From contig CM120643.1 in NCBI GenBank assembly GCA_051362555.1, positions 24,308,848-24,372,847 on the forward strand: DNA of 64,000 bases. The letters run 5' to 3'. The DNA is from Lingula anatina (lineage: Eukaryota; Animalia; Brachiopoda). The translations under genes and the position numbers were made by a program. The number at the start of each line of letters is the position of its first letter. Position 1 is the stretch's first letter. The notes under the pieces were generated by a model. That model was given only the letters and a program-made list of their open reading frames with translations. It was not told the DNA's origin and made no database searches. Below, piece by piece: positions 52,401 to 64,000 of the stretch.

Positions 52401-52680
52401 TTTTATTCCATTTAAGAAAATGAGACGGTGCAATAAATATATTCATCCTATAGGAGTGACCAAAAAGATGACAAAATGAATAGAAACATAGGAACCAAGT
52501 ATACTAAGGTTAACAAAATATGCAATTTCAATGCCATCATGTTAACAAAAATAAAAATATCAAAATACATGAGGCCCTAGGAAAAAAGAAAAAAAGAAAA
52601 AGCATTTTAAATGTGATCACAAGAGCAAAGTAATTTTGGGTTGAGATTTGGGGGTGGGTAAGGAGAGGAGGTGAGGGGGG

Positions 52681-52715
<35 letters not shown>

Positions 52716-55700
52716 GTACAATCATATTTTCCTATACTTGGATTCATCAACTTGTTGTATTTCATTAAACTGGAGAATTTGTTGCTGTTTACTGACTTGG
52801 ATTCAACAGACTGAAAAAAAAAAGAATGAAGAGCAGGTTGCAAAGTTGGTCTCTGTCAACTTCTGTGGCTGGCAATTTGTGGAAATAAGCATGTAATGCA
52901 AGCTTGAAAACTTGAATAAAACATTGCCGAAACCTGTCTCCTGAGTTGGTGAGGGAGGACAGACCAAAAATGTATGAGTTTAAATACCTGTGTATTAATT
53001 GGACACTATGTCAACATGTGCGAGCCATGCCACTACTCAACAAAATTAATGCCCCCCCCCCCCCCCCCCCCCCCCGGCCACCCCTTGGGATTTGGAAGTC
53101 TTCTGTCTTTTCTTAAATGTATTACCAGGAACATATACGATGGAAAAGAAGCGTCATGTCTATTTAGGTTTTGTTGTTATTCATTTTTACAATATTGAAA
53201 ATTCACTGAAATTATTCTATGACACAGGTGGTCGTACATGTACATCATTAAAGAAACCACCAAGTATTTGTAATGATGCTTGATTACAGCCAGTATAAGC
53301 TCTCAGAACTACTACAGTTCGTTATATTTGATGGAATTGTCTGTTTCTCTTTTTGAAGATCAACGGAGAACAATTTCCATCGCGTCTAATATTAACTATT
53401 AACTAATCAATTTTTGGAGTCCATGCTGAGGCATCTAAATAAATTCATAAAATGACTGTAGAATAGAACGCTGTATACACTTTCATGATGTAAAAAATAA
53501 CATCGGTTATAATTTCAACAAATGATATATAACTGCATTATATACGACATTGTTTTTATTCACCAGAATCAAGGTGACGGCCGAGCGTGGATGTTTGTTT
53601 ACATATTTTCCGTGTTGTTACACTTTCGCGCCTCCAGTTTTGAAGAGTTAGTCGCTTCCCGTTTATCAAACTGGGTCAAAGATAGGAGTTCTACTATCAG
53701 TTTGGAGCCGTAACTTTAAATTGACACACATAATGACAAGAAGGGCACTTTTTTATCAGATGTAGCAGCTCATGTTTAGTTTACAGAGGATGAAAAATGG
53801 CCACGAGCAGCAAATTTCCACTTGGGCTTCCTGCGTCATCCCCAGGTGGCGGTCGCGAACACTTCCTCACTTGTCCCCTCTGCCAGATTTGCCTGGACGA
53901 TTTTGAAGATCCGCGAATGCTACCATGTTTCCACACCTTCTGTTTCAAGTGTATATCGAGTTATGCAAAGAATAATGGCGGCAAGTCAAGTTTCCTATGC
54001 CCTGTTTGCCACGAAAAAGTCCCGGTGCCACACGGGGGAATGAAGAAACTTCGCAAGAACTTTTTGTTAAAGAACGTGACAGACTACGTACCAGAGAGGC
54101 TCGACCCAAACCACCTGCCATGCCATCTATGTTGTCAGCACAGGTGTCATAAATGCCACAAAGTTATGACCCCAGTGAATCACATAGCAACTGACCTCCC
54201 CTCTGCCGCCTCTAACGGCAGTCTATCTCCATTGAGGAAGCCAGCTAGCAGTCCCACACCTACCAGTACCAACGGATGCAGAGAACATGCTGCTGCAAGT
54301 GCAGACAAAGCAGCTGACGAACACAAGGATAAGATGAAGAGTTTAGCGGATCAGATACAAGGGAACATTCCCTCGGTTCAGCTCCAGCTGGACACGACAT
54401 CCAGTCAGACAGGCGTTGTAGATCTCAGCCAACAAAAGCACAGCATTCTGGTCCCAGACATTGAGGCTCACACCAAAAAACTGCACAGCATTGTGGAAGA
54501 GCATACCAAGAATCTTGTGGCAAGAGTCAACTCCATCTACGACACCGAGACTGAGATGCTGAATAAGATGCAGGACAAGATAGATGCCCATAAAGCCAAT
54601 GTTGACCATGTCGTCCAGTATGCTGAGATATTGACGAAGTTTGGCTCTGACTCCGAAATCATCCAACAAAAGCCAATGCTTGAGAACAGAATGAAGGAAC
54701 TGATGGAGGATGAAGTGTGCCAGCCAGACTATATGGACAATTGTCGGTATAATGCTAAAGAACTCTCAGAGAAGGCAATAGACGAGGCATTTGAGGATAT
54801 CACCAGGAAGCTTGCAGCAGTGAAGTATTCCCCACCCATGAAGAGAAGGCAGTTGGAGTTTGAAATCAATGAGATCAATCCACACCTGTTTCCCATGGAG
54901 ATCATTGTTCCCTTTCGAGTTCCATCAACACGCACCGTTGTTGTGAAAGAACTGCCATGTCAGACGATCAACACGGCACTTTTCAATGATCGTTTAGGTT
55001 GCGAGCTGGATGGTATTGCAGTGGATCCCAACAACGATGACATATACGTGGTGGATCGCATCAACAGTTGTGTGAAGCTCTTCACAGCCAGTGGCCAATA
55101 CAAACTGCAGATAAATCTAAGGGCAGCCATCCCCTACCCGAGTAGAATTGCAGTGGTTGAGAATGGGAGCATTGCCGTTGGCTGCTGCAGCACCCTTGTT
55201 GGTCTCCCTTGTGAAATTAGAATTCTTTCTGTACCCGCTGCCAAGAACGAACTGTCCATCGCAATGAGCAATATCAGAGACTTTAAACAGGGTCGAAGGG
55301 GTCTGTTCCTTGTGCTGAAAGTGGATACGGCCATCAGGAAGATCTACGTCTTCAAACGAGAGAAGGTAAAAAAAGCAATGGACATTCCTCCAGAGATCAA
55401 AGATCCCTGGGACATGGGTGTTGACAGAAAAACCGGCAACATTCTTCTCTCGGACATGCAGCACTGTGTCTGGATCCTGGACCAACACGGGGATATCCTG
55501 TCACACTACGGGGTAATTGGGATCAGTGGTTCCACCACAAACCACATGCTGTACAGACCAACTGGACTGTGTGCTGACCAACACGGACACATCCTGGTGG
55601 GGGACTCTCGTAATGCCAGGATTGTGATGCTGACACCCAAGGGAGAGCTGATGCATTATGTCGCCACCAGGGGGAACCTGGCCGGCCCTCTAGCTGTTGC

Positions 55701-58700
55701 AGTGAACAAGTGGGGCCAGTTGCTGGTGACCGACTGTGATGGAAAGGCCACGGTGAAAGTGTTTAAATACCTGATGTAAAGGACAATCACTGGTATTTAA
55801 TATATTATAGTAATTGTACTTGACAATGTCATACAATGGCACCAGGCTTTATTTATATCTGACTAGATGTTAACCCCTTAAATAATTATTTAATGTTTGA
55901 TGTCCAAGACATTCATACTAGTATGAGTATTGATATAAAGCTTTTTGTTAGAACTTGACATTTATCATTCATTTTCTCCTTATAACAGCATATTTGCCTT
56001 ACACTGTTAGAGAGAGAATTTGTATTTTGTATACTTACATAATTATTCAAGAATTGCAAGTGTGATCCATGTGAAATATAATATTATGTTTTCCTAGTTT
56101 ATGTCAGAGTGCTTTGTAAATATTGATGCCAAGCAATGTGTCTTGAACAGAGTGATGTATATATCTTTATCAATGTGTTATTTACATCCTTGAAAGTTTT
56201 AAAATATTTATTTATATATTCTCTGCTTAATATTTCATGTTGGAATGCATTAAGATTATTTAACGATTAATTTACATGCTTGTAATTTTTAAAATGGAAG
56301 CTAATAGCTACTAGTATATATTTATATATTCTCTGCTTAATTTTTCATGTTGGAGTGCATTAAGATTATTAAACGTCAAATTGTGATCTATTTATTAATA
56401 ATTTTTATGTGAAGATAATCAGTTTTTTGTGCACTTAGAAATGTTTATATCTAAGAGTGATATTTGAGGATACTTATTATACAGTTTAGTTTGTATTTTA
56501 CTCTCACTGTTATAACAAATATTCTTCTCATTCTTTCATGCAAGATGTATAATATAGCAACAATCACTGTGCCATTGCATCACAATTCTACATTTAATAT
56601 TACTTGTGCCATAAAATTATTTTTATACATTGATTTTGTTGATAATGTGCTTTCATTTGATGAAAACAGCACAGGAAAGAGCCATTCCAATAAAGTTGAT
56701 TGTCAAATTCTTAATGTTATTTATTTATGTTCTGCACTCAGGATGTTCTAAATACTGGCACAGATAGGTGTTTATTAGTAAAATTTGTACCTTTGAAGAA
56801 AAATGGTGAAAGCGGAGTGTTATTTAAGTGCTGTGAAGTGTACATTTTCTTTCCTTTAATTTGCATTACACAAAATGTTCTGCATTCAAAATTGGCAATC
56901 TGAGATTGAGCTAACTCCACCAAATTTGAAAAATTTTATTACAATTATTCATTCATTCATTTATTTATTTGTATTTTATTTATTTATTCCTTGCAAAGTT
57001 CACCTTTACAAGACAGGCATGGCAGATTGGGGAAAAAGCCTTGTTGGTGTAATGCCTCATGCTGGGTTATTATTATCTACACATGTGGGACAATGTTCCC
57101 TACATTATGTGGGTTATCACACAGATTGTGTCTCAGGTCACTTCACATAACATGATTCCACTCCAAGGCGTTAAACTGGCTGATAATATTCCTGTTAAAA
57201 CCTATGTGATAAATTTTGGCACATAAAGCCCTGTTCTGCTGTATTGAACAATCACATTGATAAAAGCAGAATTTGTTTAACCAATCTATTAGTTATATAT
57301 AATACTTGATATAAATGATATAAAATCAAACCATTTCTAAAGAGACTTAAAGGGTGTTTCTTTTCTCATGAAGCATGTTCTTTTTGTCCATTGTCCAATA
57401 AATTTACTTTTTTATCATCATGACATAATTAGACTTTGACAAACAGTCAGATTCGAATGTCGTACCAGCTGGAATGATCCAACTCTGCATTCGAACTCTA
57501 GCTTAAGTGCATTCAATGCAATCAGTTTAACTGTCTGAAACTCCCCCCCCCCCCCTTGAGTAGCTAGATAATTACTTAATAAGGGGTTGCAACTTGAAGA
57601 GGCCTGTCAGACATTTAAGCTTACTACATATATTGATTGCACTGGGGGAGAATCTCCTTCAGTGATGGATCGATCCAGCTAGTATGATGGGTTTATCTGA
57701 ATGCTCTCCATGTCATAGTATTCTGATAAGATTGTATTAAGGAGTGCACATCTGGCACTAAGACATCTTTTATCTGACATGTTTGAGTTGTTATTTGTCC
57801 CCACCTCAGGCTTGTCTTCCATAATCATCATGCCTCAGTCTGCTATAGTGGAGCAGTGAATTTTCAGTAATTTCTGGAACTCAGGTGACCCGAGCCTGTC
57901 CTGTGGTAATTGGCCCCCTTTTATTTCACTTTCATACCCCCCCCCCAGTGGTAACCTGAGTTACACAGCTCTTTCTGTTTGTGGACAACTTTTGGTGTTT
58001 AAAATGAGAGTCACGGTTCTGACTCTGAAACTCATATGAAGAATCATTCTGTATGAAAGCATGAAAAAAAAAAACATTTCAGATAGCTGTTCTTTGTATG
58101 TCAACTTTTGTTTACCTTCACTAGCAGTTATAAAGTTAATCTTTGACAATTCATATAACCAGGTTAATCCATGTGCATTTTTTCACTTTCCCAGCACTAC
58201 CCAATATCAGCCCTGTCTGAGCACAGACCTTACAATGTTTCACTTAATTGTCATATCTGTCAATCACAGGTTCCCATGGCGCTGGCCACCCCCACGAGAC
58301 GCTGACCCCCCTAGTGGCCTGGGGTGCTGGGATTAGAAGAGCCGTGCCACCTACCTCACAAGATGGATACAGTGACACTTTCTCTGAAGGTGATTGAAGT
58401 GCATGACATTGTATTTTAGTTGAGATCTTAGTAGTTTGTAAAAATTTAAGTTAATAAAAGTGATGGGGCCAAGATTTTTTTAAAATCATTATGATAATAT
58501 AGATAAGATAATTTACAGCAAATTGTTACAGCATTATTCCAGCTGTCTTTTGGCTATATATGAACAAATTTGATTTTATAATAATTTTTTTTTATCATAT
58601 GTGCTTATCTATTTTTAGATTGGAATTTATCACATTTAAAAAGAAGTGATGTCAATCAGGTAATTTTTTCTTTCTTTTTTTGGAAGAGCTAAGAGTGATA

Positions 58701-61700
58701 AGTTTTGATAATTATCAACTTCAAACTGGGATTAGATAATAAATCAAATTCTCACATGCAGAAATACACATATACTGATTATAATAGTAATTCTTGAAAG
58801 AACAAAATTGACTACACATTTAGTGCAATATTTAATTTAATGATAGTAATTTTTCTATTTGATTACAGGCTGATATTGCCCCTCTAATGTCCTCCCTGAT
58901 AGGCATAGCTTTCCCACTGAATTCTGTGGTAAGTTACATGCTCTGTCTTTGAATTCCTGGGAATGGATTCAGTGTATGTACCTGGTGGTAAAGTAATTGC
59001 CTTGTATTTTATTGTTGAAATAAATAATCTGTTGTTGTTACATGCTCTGTCCTTTAATTCCTTGGAATAGATTTAATATATGTACCTGGTGGTAAAGTGA
59101 TTGCCATGTATTTTAATGTTAAAATAGGTAACCTGTCGTCCATTACAGTTTATTTTACTAATAATGGTGTGGGAGATTTAAAAGGAATCAAACAGTCAGA
59201 TTAAGACCATATCTGCCTGGGCACAAATCTCCCTAGATTATATCTCCAGTTATTACTCCACCAACATTTAAACGTTTGATGATGCAAGTGAAACATCAAC
59301 CAGGAGTAGTAACACACATTTTTTCAATATTAATAATTCTATAGACAAACTAATGGGAAAAAACACAACATTCTAATAACTTCAGTAAAGAGATCTGTAC
59401 TGAAGGTCTGTGTGTCTCCCTAGAGCAACTGCCTTAGGATGGCTGCACTAGTTAACACATATAACTATTGCAGTGAGAAATGAGGCAAACAATATTGAAT
59501 ATTGATTTTTAATCAGCTAATTTTGTTAATTCATGTATTTATTCACACAATGTAAGGCTTTTAAGAGCACTATTAAGAGGGAAAATGTATATATAAGAGA
59601 ATTTTTTTAATCATCTATAAGCATTGACATCAAAGTATATCATAAAATATTAGTCAAAAAGATCAGCAAGGTATGAATTTTAAAGTTGACTGATCTTGTA
59701 TATCCTGGGTTTAAGGCTTTAAACCATATCTTCCCATTTTGTCAATAAGGACCATCTCATTAAAGTTAACATGTGTTTTATATTATCAGGGACTGCTTCC
59801 ATTAGACTACCTCAACAACACAATGGAGTATAAGGCCAAAAGTATTTTTGCCAATGCTCAGCAGATACTGGCCCAGTATCAGGTAATGATAATAATGATA
59901 ATAATTATGATGATAATAATGATTATGATAATGATGATGATTGTGATAATGATGATAATAATGATCATAATCATGATAAAAATGAAGAGTTCTTTTAGGA
60001 TGGTGCTTCACGTTCATATCTATTCTGTGTACAACGATTATAATAAAGGTTAAAACAAAATTCTAAAGCGTACCAACTAATATAGAATATGGCATGTACA
60101 GAGGATATTTCTTTTAGTTCCAATAATATTCAGATTTATTTGTTGAACATTGAATGCAGCAATTTATTTTTTGTCTGTTTTACTTTTTTTAATTATTATT
60201 TTTATTTCTCTATATATATATTTATTTTTTAGACATTTACAAAAATTTGAATACCAGAATAATTACGGAACAATTCCTTAGGCAGTGTCAGATATTCTAT
60301 ATTTGGAAGGACTTGGATTTAAATGTTTTCATATTTCTAGGTTAAAATGTCACAGAAACAGGAGACAACCCTGTCAGCTTTATTTAAACCATTCATGTAA
60401 GTACAGAAAAGGAAGAAAAAAGAGTTACCATGAAAGCAATAAGAACTGAGGCACTGAAATATATGAACAAAATAGATGTCTTATTAATCATCTTTTAGGT
60501 TTGTCACAGTATTTTTTCCAATTGTGTCATAAGCATCAATCGGAGAGAGGTGACAATTGAAATGACTCAAAACATTTTACATTTTTATTCTTGATGTAGT
60601 CTGATTTGTCACCTATTCTTTCATGCCATTTTATTATTTGTTGGTTCACTGTTGTCTTAAAAATCTTGTTTTTCCAGGCCCCTAACATTGTCCAAGCAGG
60701 TAAGTGAACATTTCTTTTGTAGTTTATTAAAATAGGCCATGATGTTGTCAGAGGTCATGAAGTTGTTTTTACTCATCAGAATTATTTGACAATGTTTAAA
60801 AATAATTGATTTTCCAAATTGAATTGTTTGAGTTTTGGCTTATGTTGATAATTCATTCAGTTTTTGTTATTACTTATGATTAATTATTTTGAACTTCTTT
60901 TTAAATTTTCCAGGCAGACAGACTTAGAGCAATAAGAAGTGACATTCAGACAGAGAAGTTTCAAGAGGCTGTAAGTGCACTGAAACTTATAAAAATTCAG
61001 TTTGTTAATTTGTACTATATGTATTAAGGGATTAATGGTGATGCTTTCTTGACCATATCCATATTGATTTCTTCTGAGATGAATTGCAAAATTTGGAAAA
61101 GTTTGAAAATAATGTATAAGTTTTGCAATGGTTTATATTTTAGATTGACCAATCAAAGGAATTAATACAATTGGCTTTGGAGGGTCTAACCTATTATCAT
61201 TCATATGACAGATTCTTCTTGGGGTAAGTTGTTGCAGTTGTATGATCAGAGGGCAAACGTTACATGATATAGTGGAAGAGTGATAGATGATTAGTTGGCA
61301 GTGAATTTTGATAAACTGCGCATTGCCCATCAGAGGTCACCTATTCCAATGTGGGCCATTTGGCATTTTAAATAGTCAAAATATTATCATCACACATACT
61401 TTTACAAATATATACAAGATTAATCTAATACAAACTTCCATTGCCTCAGTGTCAGCGTTGCCTTTGGATTTTTGGGATGGATGGCATTTGTGTTCACTCT
61501 CATCATCCGCGATCACACAGATATTTCTAAACACCGCACCAAGATGGAGCTGTTGGACCTTCCAGTGTGGAGAACAGAGAGAGGTCTGGGAGTAGTGTTT
61601 GCAGCTGTTGCCATGACTGTGATTGTCCTGCTATTTGGTAATTGGCTAACTATAATTATTATTTTTTGATCACACTGTTATTTTTCAGTTTGTTCACTAT

Positions 61701-63682
61701 GATACATGTCAACAGGTGTAAATTGTCTTGAAATTTGCTTCATGAAGTTTCTCTGGCAGTGTGGTATCTTTTTATTTGTTTTTTTTCTTAGAATTTCCCA
61801 GAGATCACATAAAACATTTTGATTAAAGGTATACATGTACTTCAGGTTTATCTGCATCATGCACACAGCTACACTTCACTGCCACCTGTGTGATGCAACC
61901 ACTGCTTAAACATTTGATGATGTCTGTTGAGCAGAAATCATACAAAACACTCATAAATTATACTGATCTTTTTGTATTTCAGTTCAAAGTCTGCCATTCA
62001 GCCACTATGTGTATTGCCTGCTGCCTGTTATATTGTGGTGGGAAGTCATAAGAAGGTAGTCAGCTGACAGTCATGTGACTAGAAACCTTAAATGGACAAT
62101 ATATTGGATTTTTGACACCAGAATAATTTGAATAAAATTTTCCTTCATCAATACCAAAGTTACTGTTATACAGAAAACTTATTTATTTGGCTCATTGGGG
62201 TATCCAGTGTCATTAAGCCAAATATCTGTCTGGAAGTATTATACATGTAAATTTTATGACAGACCTTTAGTGCGTCAGCACAAACTGTTTTAATAGAAAT
62301 ACGGGCACATTAATAAGCCACTGAAAAGTTCATGTTGGTTCTCAGTGGGTGTTATCTAGTAGAATATTGTACATTGTTTTACTCTAAGATCCAGTTGAAT
62401 TATTTCAATACTTTGATTTATTGTTCTGCAATTACTATGTTTACCTCCACTAAAACATGATTAACAAAATATGTTAATGCAGCTTTAGAATTATCAGGGC
62501 GTATAGTTTTGAAAAGAGGATATATCTTGTAATTTTAGAAATATTTCATTATAAATTATCATGATTATTATAGTGTTAGGTGAGACACAACTAGTATTTC
62601 ACTAATTTAAAACATTTCTCCTGCAGGAATACAATATTGGAAGATGCTTGGAAGAATGGCATTAAAAACAATGCCTTAACAGTGCTGCTTATTCTGGGTA
62701 TAGGAAGTGGCGGCCTGGAGATCATTGTGAGTGTTGGACTTAAGATGAATATACAGTTAATAATGCCTAGTTTGCTTTTGAAATTGATATTTAAATACAC
62801 ATTCCCTTTATATTGAAAAACATGATTCATGTTCCAGTCTAGGATAGTAAATTTCTGTTGCTTTTAACTACTGTAACAGCTTTCTTATATTATTACTATT
62901 GTGATTATAATGCTGTATGCAGAAGTATACAATTATGGCAATTTTAATTTACAATTTTCATCATATTGAAAAAAAATCAGGTTTTTTTAGTACCATTCCA
63001 TGAGAAATTTATTGCTAGCTTAAGTGTTATTTTTTATTATTCCTCAGGTAATGGGATTCTTTCGACGTGAGCTGCTCTCAGTGGGGTTTATATCAATGGC
63101 AGTGTGGCCATGGCTTTCTTCTACTTCCAAAGCACACAGAGTAAGATGGAGTGAATCTTTAAAAATATTTTGATAATTGTCTGCTCACATCATTTACAAA
63201 TTTCATACTGTGGTCATTTTTGCTTCCTTAGCATAGATTTATGGCCAAGAAATTCATTTTGAATATTTGCATGATGATTTTTCAATTTTTATGTAACAGT
63301 TGAAACAATAATTTCCATGATAGTTATCCTAGGCTATGAGAATAAAAAATGTCACTAAATTTGCAGTTTAACTCTAAACAGCTACCGGTAAAATCCGTAC
63401 TAAGTAGTCTTATAAATTAGCATCATATTCTTGTTTTAAAATTCCACTCATAGCATGTAGGCTCAAATATTATTGCTCTCACTCTAGCAGTTAGGCAGTT
63501 CCTTCTGGAGATTGAGTTCTGTGCTTTATGATGTTTATTTACAGTTATGATCTTTATGATTGTTTTATTGTATCTGTGTCTGTTTTCCAGAAGACTGTAA
63601 TAGCTTGGAGTATATCATGTGTTTTAGTGGCTATATTTCCCATGATGCCTGTGGTAGGCAATGGTGCTAACTATTCCCTAGT
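49005..63682 (+). CDS. PIGN: GPI ethanolamine phosphate transferase 1 (PIGN/Mcd4), 3' end runs beyond the window
   Basis: Exons 49005-49006 (AT of the start codon), 49484-49702, 50245-50366, 50834-50932, 51322-51428, 51848-51972, 52253-52383, 58270-58389, 58619-58659, 58869-58928, 59790-59882, 60341-60396, 60678-60699, 60914-60970, 61144-61223, 61450-61637, 61983-62055, 62627-62726, 63048-63140, 63591-63682. Motifs: [125 protein letters not shown]. Confidence 0.97.
49337..49426. repeat. Compound (CT)n(AT)n microsatellite in PIGN intron 1
   Basis: Read directly from the sequence. Confidence 0.95.
49731..49941. mobile_element. Harbinger-like MITE, same family as 17632-17882
   Basis: TTA-GTGTTCATTCCCAATG ... 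CATTGGGAATGATCCC-TTA. Confidence 0.65.
53797..55779 (+). CDS. Intronless TRIM-NHL-like protein (RING, degenerate B-box region, coiled coil, NHL beta-propeller), 660 aa, nested in PIGN intron 7
   Basis: Single 1983-nt ORF. C3HC4 RING: [24 protein letters not shown]...FLCPVC followed by LRKNF. A heptad-rich middle region and NHL-type repeats follow ([81 protein letters not shown]). Confidence 0.92.
   Translation: MATSSKFPLGLPASSPGGGREHFLTCPLCQICLDDFEDPRMLPCFHTFCFKCISSYAKNNGGKSSFLCPVCHEKVPVPHGGMKKLRKNFLLKNVTDYVPERLDPNHLPCHLCCQHRCHKCHKVMTPVNHIATDLPSAASNGSLSPLRKPASSPTPTSTNGCREHAAASADKAADEHKDKMKSLADQIQGNIPSVQLQLDTTSSQTGVVDLSQQKHSILVPDIEAHTKKLHSIVEEHTKNLVARVNSIYDTETEMLNKMQDKIDAHKANVDHVVQYAEILTKFGSDSEIIQQKPMLENRMKELMEDEVCQPDYMDNCRYNAKELSEKAIDEAFEDITRKLAAVKYSPPMKRRQLEFEINEINPHLFPMEIIVPFRVPSTRTVVVKELPCQTINTALFNDRLGCELDGIAVDPNNDDIYVVDRINSCVKLFTASGQYKLQINLRAAIPYPSRIAVVENGSIAVGCCSTLVGLPCEIRILSVPAAKNELSIAMSNIRDFKQGRRGLFLVLKVDTAIRKIYVFKREKVKKAMDIPPEIKDPWDMGVDRKTGNILLSDMQHCVWILDQHGDILSHYGVIGISGSTTNHMLYRPTGLCADQHGHILVGDSRNARIVMLTPKGELMHYVATRGNLAGPLAVAVNKWGQLLVTDCDGKATVKVFKYLM
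56205..56375. repeat. Direct duplication (~60 bp, 110-bp period) downstream of the TRIM-NHL ORF
   Basis: TTTATATATTCTCTGCTTAAT.TTTCATGTTGGA.TGCATTAAGATTATT.AACG occurs twice. Confidence 0.75.
58933..59138. repeat. Tandem duplication, ~104-bp unit x2, in a PIGN intron
   Basis: GTTACATGCTCTGTC..AATTCC..GGAAT..TGTACCTGGTGGTAAAGT.ATTGCC.TGTATTTT repeated twice. Confidence 0.8.
59884..59978. repeat. Degenerate (ATA/ATG)n trinucleotide tract in a PIGN intron
   Basis: Read directly; it produces the M/I-rich and H/Y-rich spurious ORFs in the track. Confidence 0.9.
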
Positions 63683-64000
63683 GTAAGTATATTTGTGGCC
63701 TGGAGATTATAGAATATATTGTATCCAAATAATAGTAATTTGGTGATTGAAAGGTAAATTTTGTTTAAAAGGTTATTGGATGAATATTAAACTATGTCGT
63801 TTGCATGAGATTTTATTTGATAGCCGGTAATGTTAGAATTAAGTTAGTCTTTGCGGCTTCCCCATTCATTTAACGAAGAGGGACTGTATGTCAGAAAGCT
63901 GAAACCAGTCATAATATGATGTAGTTTACAGCAAACAAACAGAAAGCACCAGACCCTCCATAATAATTGTTCACACCATGATAACTCTAAAAAATTAAGC

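Noticed and set aside
54343-55488. Antisense ORFs overlapping the TRIM-NHL ORF
   Set aside because: Shadow ORFs of a GC-richer coding strand with no recognisable motifs.
52253-55779. In-frame PIGN-TRIM chimeric protein via the acceptor at 53786
   Set aside because: PIGN exon 7 ends in phase 1, which enters a different frame that stops at 54043.
59739-60053. Met/Ile-rich and His/Tyr-rich ORFs
   Set aside because: Produced by an intronic ATA/ATG trinucleotide repeat; only 59790-59882 is a real PIGN exon.

Overview
AT-rich, intron-containing invertebrate (metazoan) genomic DNA. The six-frame ORF track is mostly noise, so I assembled the genes by hand from GT-AG exons with consistent reading phases. 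Five protein-coding genes are supported. (1) A 10-exon PTPN1/PTPN2-type tyrosine phosphatase (- strand, 7734-22844). (2) Head-to-head with it, a 5-exon ankyrin-repeat/SOCS-box (ASB) gene (+, 23261-28021). (3) An 11-12-exon gene (+, ~29665-46382) whose single reading frame joins a membrane CDP-alcohol phosphotransferase domain to a C-terminal HxGH cytidylyltransferase through a long acidic/Ser-rich linker. This looks like a two-step 'activate and transfer' head-group pathway in one protein and is the most interesting object here. (4) PIGN (+, 49005 to beyond the window end), whose ATG is split by an intron. (5) An intronless RING/coiled-coil/NHL (TRIM-NHL-like) gene nested on the same strand in PIGN intron 7. 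Introns and intergenic DNA carry many MITEs (5-bp-TSD, TTAA and Harbinger-like types), two Helentron/HINE-like elements, an RTE-type LINE fragment, a ~60-bp minisatellite and microsatellites. No database searches were run; family calls rest on motifs read from the sequence.
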